NCBI GenBank assembly: GCA_964016885.1
Contig: OZ024746.1
Location: forward strand, 2,480,001-2,544,000
DNA: 64,000 bases
Source: Eledone cirrhosa
Taxonomy: Eukaryota
Reading direction: 5' to 3'
The position numbers were made by a program, and so were the translations under genes. Shown in pieces: positions 36,611-51,811 of this stretch. The notes below the pieces were generated by a model, which saw nothing but the letters and a program-made list of their open reading frames with translations, was not told the origin of the DNA and ran no database searches. How positions within the stretch are numbered: the first letter of the stretch is position 1; each line of letters begins with the position of its first letter.

Positions 36611-39600
36611 ACATGGCCACACACACACACAGATATATACAGACATGTGTATGTGTTCTTATACATGGCCACACACACACACACAGATATATATACACAC
36701 ATGTGTATGTGTTCTTATACATGGCCACACACACAGATATATACACACATGTGTATGTGTTCTTATACATGGCCACACACACACACAGATATATACACAC
36801 ATGTGTATGTGTTCTTATACATGGCCACACACACACACAGATATATACACACATGTGTATGTGTTCTTATACATGGCCACACACACACACAGATATATAC
36901 ACACATGTGTATGTGTTCTTATACATGGCCACACACACACACAGATATATACACACATGTGTATGTGTTCTTATACATGGCCACACACACACACAGATAT
37001 ATACACAAATGTGTATGTGTTCTTATACATGGCCACACACACACACACACAGATATATACACACATGTGTATGTGTTCTGATACATGGCCACACACACAC
37101 ACACAGAGATATATACACACATGTGTATGTGTTCTTATACATGGCCACACACACACACACAGATATATACACACATGTGTATGTGTTCTTATACATGGCC
37201 ACACTAACACACAGATATATACACACATGTGTATGTGTTCTTATACATGGCCACACACACACACACAGATGTATACACACATGTGTATGTGTTCTTATAC
37301 ATGGCCACACACACACACACAGATATATACACACATGTGTATGTGTTCTTATACATGGCCACACTAACACACAGATATATACACACATGTATGTGTGTGT
37401 GTTCTTATACATGGCCACACACACAGATATATACACACATGTGTATGTGTTCTTATACATGGCCACACAAACACACAGATATATACACACATGTGTATGT
37501 GTTCTTATACATGGCCACACAAACACACAGATATATACACACATGTGTATGTGTTCTTATACATGGCCACACACACAGATATATACACACATGTGTATGT
37601 GTTCTTATACATGGCCACACACACACACACAGATATATACACACATGTGTATGTGTTCTTATACATGGCCACACAAACACACAGATATATACACACATGT
37701 GTATGTGTTCTTATACATGGCCACACACACAGATATATACACACATGTGTATGTGTTCTTATACATGGCCACACACACACACAGATATATACACACATGT
37801 GTATGTGTTCTTATACATGGCCACACTAACACACAGATATATACACACATGTGTATGTGTTCTTATACATGGCCACACTAACACACAGATATATACACAC
37901 ATGTGTATGTGTTCTTATACATGGCCACACTAACACAGATATATACACACATGTGTATGTGTTCTTATACATGGCCACACTAACACACAGATATATACAC
38001 ACATGTGTATGTGTTCTTATACATGGCCACACAAACACACAGATATATACACACATGTGTATGTGTTCTTATACATGGCCACACACACACACACACACAG
38101 ATATATACACACATGTGTATGTGTTCTTATACATGGCCACACTAACACACAGATATATACACACATGTGTATGTGTTCTTATACATGGCCACACACACAC
38201 ACACAGATATATACACACATGTGTATGTGTTCTTATACATGGCCACACACACACACACAGATATATACACACATGTGTATGTGTTCTTATACATGGCCAC
38301 ACTAACACACAGATATATACACACATGTATGTGTGTGTGTTCTTATACATGGCCACACACACAGATATATACACACATGTGTATGTGTTCTTATACATGG
38401 CCACACAAACACACAGATATATACACACATGTGTATGTGTTCTTATACATGGCCACACAAACACACAGATATATACACACATGTGTATGTGTTCTTATAC
38501 ATGGCCACACACACAGATATATACACACATGTGTATGTGTTCTTATACATGGCCACACACACACACACAGATATATACACACATGTGTATGTGTTCTTAT
38601 ACATGGCCACACAAACACACAGATATATACACACATGTGTATGTGTTCTTATACATGGCCACACACACAGATATATACACACATGTGTATGTGTTCTTAT
38701 ACATGGCCACACACACACACAGATATATACACACATGTGTATGTGTTCTTATACATGGCCACACTAACACACAGATATATACACACATGTGTATGTGTTC
38801 TTATACATGGCCACACTAACACACAGATATATACACACATGTGTATGTGTTCTTATACATGGCCACACTAACACACAGATATATACACACATGTGTATGT
38901 GTATGTGTTCTTATACATGGCCACACACACACACAGTTATATACACACATGTGTATGTGTTCTTATACATGGCCACACACACACACGGATATATACACAC
39001 ATGTGTATGTGTTCTTATACATGGCCACACTAACACACAGATATATACACACATGTGTATGTGTTCTTATACATGGCCACACTAACACACACAGATATAT
39101 ACACACATGTGTATGTGTTCTTATACATGGCCACACTAACACACAGATATATACACACATGTGTATGTGTTCTTATACATGGCCACACACACACACAGAT
39201 ATATACACACATGTGTATGTGTTCTTATACATGGCCACACTAACACACGGATATATACACACATGTGTATGTGTTCTTATACATGGCCACACAAACACAC
39301 AGATATATACACACATGTGTATGTGTTCTTATACATGGCCACACACACACACACACAGATATATACACACATGTGTATGTGTTCTTATACATGGCCACAC
39401 ACACACAGATATATACACACATGTGTATGTGTTCTTATACATGGCCACACACACACACAGATATATACACACATGTGTATGTGTTCTTATACATGGCCAC
39501 ACTAACACACAGATATATACACACATGTGTATGTGTTCTTATACATGGCCACACTAACACACATATATACACACATGTGTATGTGTTCTTATACATGGCT

Positions 39601-42600
39601 ACACACACACACACAGATTATACACACATGTGTGTGTGTTCTTATATATGGCCACACTAACACACAGATATATACACACATGTGTATGTGTTCTTATACA
39701 TGGCCACACACACACACACAGATATATACACACATGTGTATGTGTTCTTATACATGGCCACACTAACACACAGATATATACACACATGTGTATGTGTTCT
39801 TATACATGGCCACACACACACACACAGATATATACACACATGTGTATGTGTTCTTATACATGGCCACACACACACACAGATATATACACACATGTGTATG
39901 TGTATGTGTTCTTATACATGGCCACACACACACACAGTTATATACACACATGTGTATGTGTTCTTATACATGGCCACACACACACACAGATATATACACA
40001 CATGTGTATGTGTTCTTATACATGGCCACACTAACACACAGATATATACACACATGTGTATGTGTTCTTATACATGGCCACAGTAACACACACAGATATA
40101 TACACACATGTGTATGTGTTCTTATACATGGCCACACTAACACACAGATATATACACACATGTGTATGTGTTCTTATACATGGCCACACACACACACAGA
40201 TATATACACACATGTGTATGTGTATGTGTTCTTATACATGGCCACACAGACACACCGTTATATACACACATGTGTATGTGTTCTTATACATGGCCACACT
40301 AACACACAGATATATACACACATGTGTATGTGTTCTTATACATGGCCACACTAACACACAGATATATACACACATGTGTATGTGTTCTTATACATGGCCA
40401 CACACACACACAGATATATACACACATGCGTATGTGTTCTTATACATGGCCACACACACAGATATATACACACATGTGTATGTGTTCTTATACATGGCCA
40501 CACTAACACACAGATATATACACACATGTGTGTGTGTTCTTATACATGGCCACACTAACACACAGATATATACACACATGTGTATGTGTTCTTATACATG
40601 GCCACACACACACACAGATATATACACACATGTGTATGTGTTCTTATACATGGCCACACTAACACACGGATATATACACACATGTGTATGTGTTCTTATA
40701 CATGGCCACACAAACACACAGATATATACACACATGTGTATGTGTTCTTATACATGGCCACACACACACACACACAGATATATACACACATGTGTATGTG
40801 TATGTGTTCTTATACATGGCCACACTAACACACAGATATATACACACATGTGTATGTGTTCTTATACATGGCCACACTAACACACAGATATATACACACA
40901 TGTGTATGTGTTCTTATACATGGCCACACACACACACAGATATATACACACATGTGTATGTGTTCTTATACATGGCCACACACACAGATATATACACACA
41001 TGTGTATGTGTTCTAATACATGGCCACACTAACACACAGATATATACACACATGTGTGTGTGTTCTTATACATGGCCACACTAACACACAGATATATACA
41101 CACATGTGTATGTGTTCTTATACATGGCCACACACACACACAGATATATACACACATGTGTATGTGTATGTGTTCTTATACATGGCCACACACACACACA
41201 GTTATATACACACATGTGTATGTGTTCTTATACATGGCCACACACACACACAGATATATACACACATGTGTATGTGTTCTTATACATGGCCACACTAACA
41301 CACAGATATATACACACATGTGTATGTGTTCTTATACATGGCCACAGTAACACACACAGATATATACACACATGTGTATGTGTTCTTATACATGGCCACA
41401 CTAACACACGGATATATACACACATGTGTATGTGTTCTTATACATGGCCACACTAACACACGGATATATACACACATGTGTATGTGTTCTTATACATGGC
41501 CACACACACACACAGATATATACACACATGTGTATGTGTTCTTATACTGGCCACACACACACACACAGATATATACACACATGTGTATGTGTTCTTATAC
41601 ATGGCCACACACACACACAGATATATACACACATGTGTATGTGTATGTGTTCTTATACATGGCCACACACACACACAGTTATATACACACATGTGTATGT
41701 GTTCTTATACATGGCCACACTAACACACAGATATATACACACATGTGTATGTGTTCTTATACATGGCCACACTAACACACAGATATATACACACATGTGT
41801 ATGTGTTCTTATACATGGCCACACTAACACACAAATATATACACACATGTGTATGTGTTCTTATACATGGCCACACACACACACAGATATATACACACAT
41901 GTGTATGTGTTCTTATACATGGCCACACACACAGATATATACACACATGTGTATGTGTTCTTATACATGGCCACACTAACACACAGATATATACACACAT
42001 GTGTGTGTGTTCTTATACATGGCCACACTAACACACAGATATATACACACATGTGTATGTGTTCTTATACATGGCCACACACACACACACAGATATATAC
42101 ACACATGTGTATGTGTTCTTATACATGGCCACACACACACACAGATATATACACACATGTGTATGTGTATGTGTTCTTATACATGGCCACACACACACAC
42201 AGTTATATACACACATGTGTATGTGTTCTTATACATGGCCACACACACACACAGATATATACACACATGTGTATGTGTTCTTATACATGGCCACACTAAC
42301 ACACAGATATATACACACATGTGTATGTGTTCTTATACATGGCCACAGTAACACACACAGATATATACACACATGTGTATGTGTTCTTATACATGGCCAC
42401 ACTAACACACAGATATATACACACATGTGTATGTGTTCTTATACATGGCCACACACACACACAGATATATACACACATGTGTATGTGTTCTTATACATGG
42501 CCACACTAACACACGGATATATACACACATGTGTATGTGTTCTTATACATGGCCACACAAACACACAGATATATACACACATGTGTATGTGTTCTTATAC

Positions 42601-45600
42601 ATGGCCACAGTAACACACACAGATATATACACACATGTGTATGTGTTCTTATACATGGCCACACTAACACACAGATATATACACACATGTGTATGTGTTC
42701 TTATACATGGCCACACACACACACAGATATATACACACATGTGTATGTGTATGTGTTCTTATACATGGCCACACAGACACACCGTTATATACACACATGT
42801 GTATGTGTTCTTATACATGGCCACACTAACACACAGATATATACACACATGTGTATGTGTTCTTATACATGGCCACACTAACACACAGATATATACACAC
42901 ATGTGTATGTGTTCTTATACATGGCCACACACACACACAGATATATACACACATGCGTATGTGTTCTTATACATGGCCACACACACAGATATATACACAC
43001 ATGTGTATGTGTTCTTATACATGGCCACACTAACACACAGATATATACACACATGTGTGTGTGTTCTTATACATGGCCACACTAACACACAGATATATAC
43101 ACACATGTGTATGTGTTCTTATACATGGCCACACACACACACAGATATATACACACATGTGTATGTGTTCTTATACATGGCCACACACACAGATATATAC
43201 ACACATGTGTATGTGTTCTAATACATGGCCACACTAACACACAGATATATACACACATGTGTGTGTGTTCTTATACATGGCCACACTAACACACAGATAT
43301 ATACACACATGTGTATGTGTTCTTATACATGGCCACACACACACACACAGATATATACACACATGTGTATGTGTATGTGTTCTTATACATGGCCACACAC
43401 ACACACAGTTATATACACACATGTGTATGTGTTCTTATACATGGCCACACACACACACAGATATATACACACATGTGTATGTGTTCTTATACATGGCCAC
43501 ACTAACACACAGATATATACACACATGTGTATGTGTTCTTATACATGGCCACAGTAACACACACAGATATATACACACATGTGTATGTGTTCTTATACAT
43601 GGCCACACTAACACACGGATATATACACACATGTGTATGTGTTCTTATACATGGCCACACTAACACACGGATATATACACACATGTGTATGTGTTCTTAT
43701 ACATGGCCACACACACACACACACAGATATATACACACATGTGTATGTGTTCTTATACATGGCCACACACACACACAGATATATACACACATGTGTATGT
43801 GTTCTTATACTGGCCACACACACACACACAGATATATACACACATGTGTATGTGTTCTTATACATGGCCACACACACACACAGATATATACACACATGTG
43901 TATGTGTATGTGTTCTTATACATGGCCACACACACACACAGTTATATACACACATGTGTATGTGTTCTTATACATGGCCACACTAACACACAGATATATA
44001 CACACATGTGTATGTGTTCTTATACATGGCCACACTAACACACAGATATATACACACATGTGTATGTGTTCTTATACATGGCCACACTAACACACAAATA
44101 TATACACACATGTGTATGTGTTCTTATACATGGCCACACACACACACAGATATATACACACATGTGTATGTGTTCTTATACATGGCCACACACACAGATA
44201 TATACACACATGTGTATGTGTTCTTATACATGGCCACACTAACACACAGATATATACACACATGTGTGTGTGTTCTTATACATGGCCACACTAACACACA
44301 GATATATACACACATGTGTATGTGTTCTTATACATGGCCACACACACACACACAGATATATACACACATGTGTATGTGTTCTTATACATGGCCACACACA
44401 CACACAGATATATACACACATGTGTATGTGTATGTGTTCTTATACATGGCCACACACACACACAGTTATATACACACATGTGTATGTGTTCTTATACATG
44501 GCCACACACACACACAGATATATACACACATGTGTATGTGTTCTTATACATGGCCACACTAACACACAGATATATACACACATGTGTATGTGTTCTTATA
44601 CATGGCCACAGTAACACACACAGATATATACACACATGTGTATGTGTTCTTATACATGGCCACACTAACACACAGATATATACACACATGTGTATGTGTT
44701 CTTATACATGGCCACACACACACACAGATATATACACACATGTGTATGTGTTCTTATACATGGCCACACTAACACACGGATATATACACACATGTGTATG
44801 TGTTCTTATACATGGCCACACAAACACACAGATATATACACACATGTGTATGTGTTCTTATACATGGCCACACACACACACACACAGATATATACACACA
44901 TGTGTATGTGTTCTTATACATGGCCACACACACACACAGATATATACACACATGTGTATGTGTTCTTATACATGGCCACACACACACACAGATATATACA
45001 CACATGTGTATGTGTTCTTATACATGGCCACACACACACACACAGATATATACACACATGTGTATGTGTTCTTATACATGGCCACACTAACACACATATA
45101 TACACACATGTGTATGTGTTCTTATACATGGCTACACACACACACACACAGATATATACACACATGTGTGTGTGTTCTTATACATGGCCACACTAACACA
45201 CAGATATATACACACATGTGTATGTGTTCTTATACATGGCCACACACACACACACAGATATATACACACATGTGTATGTGTTCTTATACATGGCCACACA
45301 CACACACAGATATATACACACATGTGTATGTGTATGTGTTCTTATACATGGCCACACACACACACAGTTATATACACACATGTGTATGTGTTCTTATACA
45401 TGGCCACACTAACACACAGATATATACACACATGTGTATGTGTTCTTATACATGGCCACACTAACACACAGATATATACACACATGTGTGTGTGTTCTTA
45501 TACATGGCCACACACACACACACGGATATATACACACATGTGTATGTGTTCTTATACATGGCCACACTAACACACAGATATATACACACATGTGTATGTG

Positions 45601-46331
45601 TTCTTATACATGGCCACACTAACACACAGATATATACACACATGTGTGTGTGTGTTCTTATACATGGCCACACACACACACAGATATATACACACATGTG
45701 TATGTGTTCTTATACATGGCCACACTAACACACAGATATATACACACGTGTATGTGTGTGTGTTCTTATACATGGCCACACACACAGATATATACACACG
45801 TGTATGTGTTCTTATACATGGCCACACTATCACACAGATATATACACACATGTGTGTGTGTTCTTATACATGGCCACACACACACACAGATATATACACA
45901 CATGTGTATGTGTTCTTATACATGGCCACACTAACACACAGATATATACACACATGTGTATGTGTTCTTATACATGGCCACACACACACAGATATATACA
46001 CACATGTGTATGTGTTCTTATACATGGCCACACACACACACACACAGATATATACACACATGTGTATGTGTTCTTATACATGGCCACACACACACACACA
46101 GATATATACACACATGTGTATGTGTTCTTATACATGGCCACACACACACACACACAGATATATACACACATGTGTATGTGTTCTTATACATGGCCACACT
46201 AACACACAGATATATACACACATGTGTGTGTGTTCTTATACATGGCCACACACACATATATACACACATGTGTATGTGTTCTTATACATGGCCACACACA
46301 CAGATATATACACACATGTGTATGTGTTCTT
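36611..46331. repeat. 9.7-kb satellite, ~50-58-bp unit CATGGC(CA)nGATATATACACACATGTGTATGTGTTCTTATA, roughly 185 copies
   Basis: Direct inspection; it accounts for all the HT/YT/CV-rich ORFs at 36531-46440. Confidence 0.98.
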
Positions 46332-47081
46332 AGGTATTTTAAAAATGTTGAAAGAATATTTGAGATTAAATAAAGTTGAGCAAATTCAGACAATTTATAA
46401 CTTTGTTAAAACTCTTTCCAGGAAATGGTTTGAGAGTTGAACCATTTTCTAATCTTCAAAATGGTATTATTCACATGGTATTATTATTCACATGGTATTA
46501 TTATTCACATGGTATTAATAAGGATTAGTTGGGCTGTGATTTCTTTATGTCTAAATTTCAAAATAGATCAAACTTTTGGAAATCGAATTTTAAGTTGTTT
46601 TAAAAAAAGATTTCGTTTATATCTTTTAAAATTTGTTTATTAATTACTAAAATCATAATTAAGCTGAAATTAATTTGATTTGCAAACGGACTGGATTTTG
46701 ACGTTTAAATAAATGTAACAAAAAAAAAAAATCCCAGAAAAAACAACAACAAAAATCTACCAAAATCACAATTACAGACACTTTCCTAAAAACAAAATGA
46801 AAAGAGGAATAGACACACACACACAAACATGCATGTAAATTCACAAACATACATTTAACTAAATGAACACACATATACACACAAAAACAGACATGTAAAT
46901 TCATACTCATACATTTGATTAAACAAACAAATATGAAAGATTTGGATGTTCTAAAAGTATTACTGCTTCCGAAATACATAAACAAATATATTTGAAGACA
47001 AAATATTTACTGAAGAAATTATCTGTTTTTATGATTTTATCTTAGAAAAAACTATGATTGGTTATGAATCTCCAACACTAT

Positions 47082-47084
47082 CTC

Positions 47085-47133
<49 letters not shown>

Positions 47134-47608
47134 GTCTGTCTGTCTGTCTGTGTGTGTGTGTGTGTGCGTGTGTGCGTGTGTGCGTGTGTGTGCGCGTGTG
47201 CGTGTGCGTGTGCGCGTGTGTGTGCGCGCGTGCGTGCGTGCGTGCGTGCGTGGTGTGTGTGTGGTGTGTGTGTGGTGTGGTGTGTGTGTGGTGTGGTGTG
47301 TGTGTGGTGTGTGTGTGGTGTGTGTGTGGTGTGTGTGTGGTGTGTGTGTGTGGTGTGTGGTGTGTGGTGTGTGGTGTGTGTGGTGTGTGGTGTGTGGGGT
47401 GTGTGGTGTGTGGTGTGTGTGGTGTGTGGTGTGTGGTGTGTGGTGTGTGGTGTGTGTGTGTGGTGTGTGGTGTGTGGTGTGTGGTGTGTGGTGTGTGTGG
47501 TGTGTGGTGTGTGGTGTGTGGTGTGTGTGGTGTGTGGTGTGTGGTGTGTGTGGTGTGTGGTGTGTGGTGTGTGGTGTGTGTGCGTGTGTATGTATGTGTA
47601 TATATATA
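47082..47608. repeat. (TCTG)n/(TG)n/(TGTGG)n compound microsatellite
   Basis: Direct inspection. Confidence 0.97.
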
Positions 47609-47955
47609 CACTACAGTATGGTTATTGACTCTCATGATTTCATGTTTATTTTTTAACAGGATTTGTTTTTTGTCCCTCAAGGTGCCTATTAACAATAAAT
47701 TACCTTGCATACTCTGCATAAATCAAGAAGATAATTAAAATTACTTAAAATTTAATGAAATTTTATTTATTTTATGTTGGCTATGTAACTTTTTTAAAAA
47801 TTGAAATATAATTTGGTCCTATGAACATTTTACCTGCACAAAAGTTCCAGAAGGAACTGTGAGATATGAGCACTGCTATAATACCTAAATCATCAAAATA
47901 CAGAAAATAAAGTATTTATTCAACTTTTTCAGTATATCTAAATGTAAAATGGTAA

Positions 47956-48375
47956 GAAACTCTGAGGAGAGCTGGACAGCAGAAGGTCTTCAGGGAAGGA
48001 GCTCTCAGGAGTGCTGAACAGCAGAAGGTCTTCAGAGAGCTGGACAGCAGAAGGTCTTCAGGGAAGAAACTCTGAGGAGAGCTGGACAGCAGAAGGTCTT
48101 CAGGGAAGAAACTGAGGAGAGCTGGACAGCAGAAGGTCTTCAGAGAAGAAACTGAGGAGAGCTGGACAGCAGAAGGTCTTCAGAGAAGAAACTGAGGAGA
48201 GCTGGACAGCAGAAGGTCTTCAGGGAAGAAACTCTGAGGAGAGCTGGACAGCAGAAGGTCTTCAGAGAAGAAACTGAGGAGAGCTGGACAGCAGAAGGTC
48301 TTCAGAGAAGAAACTGAGGAGAGCTGGACAGCAGAAGGTCTTCAGAGAAGAAACTCTCAGCAGTGCTGAACAGCA
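47956..48375. repeat. 40-42-bp tandem repeat GAAACT(CT)GAGGAGAGCTGGACAGCAGAAGGTCTTCAG(G/A)GAA, about 10 copies
   Basis: Direct inspection. Confidence 0.93.
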
Positions 48376-48737
48376 GTAGAAACCCCTCCTCAACTGAGTG
48401 TTTTGGCCCTTAACTTCTTACACTCTTATATTTAAATATAAAGAGTAAATAAGTTTGATTATGCAAATGGGAGAAATAGAACTCAATACATAATACATGG
48501 GTAAATTGGCAGAATTGTCAGAATGTCAGATATTGCGATATTCGTTGCAGCTCAGTACATTCTGAGTTATATCAATAGATGAACATCAAACCAATAGAGA
48601 CAGAATAATAAAGATCCTCTAATTCAATTTGTTTGTTAACCTAAATGTATCATTCAATATGGTATAAAATTTCCATACTTTAATCAGGAAACATTTTCAC
48701 TCTAGCCATAAGTATCAAAGTTTCATTAATAAAATGT

Positions 48738-48966
48738 CTAACCCTTCAGCATTTGAACTAGCTGTATCCGGCCAGAATTCTCTGAACACTTTCTGTTCAA
48801 ACTGGCTGTAACCAGCTGGTCATACTGATGTTAAGGTACTATTCTCAAAATAATTAATATTAAAATCTCGTAGATTCGAGATTATGTGAGATAATTATGT
48901 GAAATAAAGTGTTTATCGTGAAAATACAATAGTAAATATAGAGTAATGTAAATGCTAAAGGGTTAA
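48738..48966. mobile_element. piggyBac-like MITE, family 1
   Basis: CTAA-CCCTTCAGCATTT ... AAATGCTAAAGGG-TTAA; the interior matches 17932-18150. Confidence 0.78.
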
Positions 48967-49632
48967 ATAAATTACAGTTCATCTAAACTATAGGAAGAAC
49001 ATAAAAAAATATAATAAACATAACTACATCTCTAGATATATACCTAGACCAACTGAATTCAAATGCAATAACCTATTATTCTACCTGTTAAATGGCAAAT
49101 TGCTCAATATATTATTAGGTCAAAGTTCTGACAGCAGTGAAAAGAATTATCTAGGATGAACAAGTAGTATCTTTAAGGTAAGATACACACAACATATGCC
49201 ATTTTTCAGAACTGGCACACAAAATTGTCATTTTTCCAAATATATTTGGTAGTAGAGGGGAACATCATCAAAATAACAAGTTTGGTCTACTATAGAAATT
49301 GTGTTCTCTTATGCCAGTGAGAAAAATTTCACTTAGAATCAAATTTGAAATAGAAACAAAAACCATTCAAATCTTAAGACCAAAATTATATTTTAATATA
49401 TTACATAACTATGAATTTGAAAATGAAAGCTTCATTATTTTGCTAAGAACATCTGCTGGTTTGGCCTGGTCATGTCGAATGCAGTGAGGGTTAGCAAAGT
49501 GATTAACATTGATCCAGGAGGCAGTAAAGGCCCAGGAAGACCAAAAAGCACTTGGATGGAGGATGTCGATTGGGATAAAGCTAGGCTTGGCCTGGCCCAA
49601 GTGAGACCAGTTGTTTTTTCTGTTTATGTTTT

Positions 49633-49664
<32 letters not shown>

Positions 49665-49722
49665 CGATAGAACTCATAACATTAAGTTCATATGTAGATA
49701 TGTCACTGTAAACCAATTTTTG

Positions 49723-49783
49723 TATTTTATCTGATGAGAGCATACCAAAATACTGGTACCCTTGAAATATACATAATAAAATA
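49723..49783 (+). ncRNA. Type I hammerhead ribozyme motif
   Basis: TATTTTAT-CTGATGA-GAG-CA-TACCA-AAATAC-TGGTA-CC-CTT-GAAA-TATAC-ATA^ATAAAATA: perfect 8-bp stem I, stem II, intact core, AUA triplet (predicted cut after 49775). Confidence 0.7.
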
Positions 49784-50225
49784 AATATGGTTTTATAAAG
49801 ATAGTTTCCATTTATTAATATTATAGATATTATACTCCAGAAGAAAACTGTTGAGCGCTTCTAATCTGTTATAAATTAACTTTGTTGAATAATCAACAAA
49901 TTAAATAACTCGTTATATATATATACATATATATTCTCTACTTTGTCTGCCAGGGCAGTGCATGGCTCCCATTTGCTTAGAATACAGAGAGATGGAGACA
50001 ATGACAATAGGAATTTGATTCTATTATGTCCAGTCCTTGCTAGGCATTTTTAGTCACACTGTCTTTCTTTTAACATTGTAGAGAGAGGTGCCAATGCTAG
50101 TATGACCTTCCTGGCAAGAATTGTATGTTTGTGTGTTGATATTTTCTGTAAGACTTTTCTATAACCCACTGTTCCACCTGTAATAAATAGTAAAGTTGCA
50201 CATATATATATATATATATATATAT

Positions 50226-51702
50226 ATGGGAACTCCTATACGCAGATGATCTAACGCTCATAGCTGAATCAATGACCGAACTAGAGAAGAAATTCCAAAC
50301 ATGGAAGCACGGCCTAGAATCAAAAGGCCTTAAAATTAACCTGGCTAAGACTAAAGTTCTAGTTTGTAGGAAAGAAAATAAGGCGGCAGTCCCATCTGGG
50401 AAATGGCCATGCTCAGTGTGTAGGAAAGGCGTAGGTAGAAACTCCATTTTATGTCCCAAATGCAAAGTATGGGTGCATAAAAAATGTAGTGGGATCACAG
50501 GTAAGCTAACTAAGAACATAGATTTTACATGTGGCCGGTGCTCTGGTGCAATAAGTAGCAGCAAGTGCCCACAAAATACTAGCTCCTTCAACTGCGCAGA
50601 GGGTTCTATAGAAATAGTGGACAGCTTCCGTTACCTGGGTGACAAAATCAGCAGTGGGGGAGGGTGCTCTGAAAGTACAGTAGCTAGAGTCAGAACTGGA
50701 TGGAAAAAGTTCAGAGAGCTTATACCACTATTAGCCGCTAGAGGGTTCTCCCTAAAAATGAAAGGCAGGTTATACGATGCCTGCATACGAACAGCAATGC
50801 TGCATGGCAGTGAGACCTGGGCATTGTGTGCAGAGGATATACGCAGACTAGAGAGGAACGAAGCTTGCATGCTCCGCTGGATGTGCAATAGTAATATACG
50901 TGAACGGCAAAGCATAAACGAACTAAGGAAAAAATTAGAAATAAGAGGGATCAGATGTTGTTTACTCGAGAGAAGGCTACGTTGGTACGGTCACGTGATG
51001 CGCATGAAAGACGACAGCTGTATAACAAAGTGCAGGGCAATAAAGATAGACGGTAGCCACGGAGTAGGCAGACCCAGAAAAACATGGGACGAGCTGATAA
51101 ATTCCGACCTCACACGCTTACACCTCTCCAAGACAATGTCACTGGACCGAGACCTTTGGCGGTACTCAGTAATAGAGAAGACCCGCCTTACCTAAATACA
51201 AAGTAAAAACCTACTACAGTCAGTAGGCATCTCTATCAAAACACCCCCCGGTCCCACCACCCCCACCCCATCCACACCGCCCCTTTCAATGTAAAGTTAT
51301 GTTGGTCCCACAACATCCAGGCCGAAACAAATGAGATCGTGTAGGTGTCACGACAAAAAAACACACAGTCCACGCTGTAAATGTGGCCGTGTAGGCAACA
51401 CGGTAAAAACCTCCCAGCCCCACACTGTAAATGTGGTTGGTGTTAGGAAGGGCATCCAGCTGTAGAAAACCCGCCAGACAGTCCACGCTGTAATGTGGCC
51501 GTGTAGGCAACACGGTAAAAACCTCCCAGCCCCACACTGTAAATGTGGTTGGTGTTAGGAAGGGCATCCAACTGTAGAAAACCCGCCAGACAGTCCTATG
51601 CGAGCAAGACAACCACTCTTGCCTCAAGTGGGACTACCCCCGTCCAAACCCATGCAAGCGTGGAACACGGACGCTAAACCTGATGATGATGATGATGATG
51701 AT
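50226..51702 (+). mobile_element. Young 5'-truncated RTE LINE; uninterrupted frame from LLYADD to stop, PHD finger, partly duplicated 3' UTR, (GAT)n tail
   Basis: ORF 50272..51195 plus in-frame WELLYADDL upstream; (TA)n lies on both sides. Confidence 0.96.
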
Positions 51703-51811
51703 ATATATATATGCAGAGGTTATATTTAATTTGTTGGGATTCAACAAGCTTAAACATTTTATAACTGATATAAAGCACTCAACAGTATAGTGGAGTAAAT
51801 ACAGAATATAT

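Noticed and set aside
36531-46440. More than 100 overlapping His/Thr/Tyr/Cys-rich ORFs
   Set aside because: Products of the 52-bp satellite, with frame-shifting (CA)n lengths and frequent TAA variants.
47703-47712. 10-nt minus-strand micro-exon (tgcag|AGTATGCAAG|gtaatt)
   Set aside because: Including it would break the phase match between the 53810 and 32061 exons, and such short signal pairs arise by chance.
47956-48375. Tandem hammerhead satellite (each unit has CTGAGGA and GAAAC)
   Set aside because: The sequence between the two motifs does not close a stem II at the core positions, and there is no room for stems I and III between GAAAC and the next CTGAGGA.
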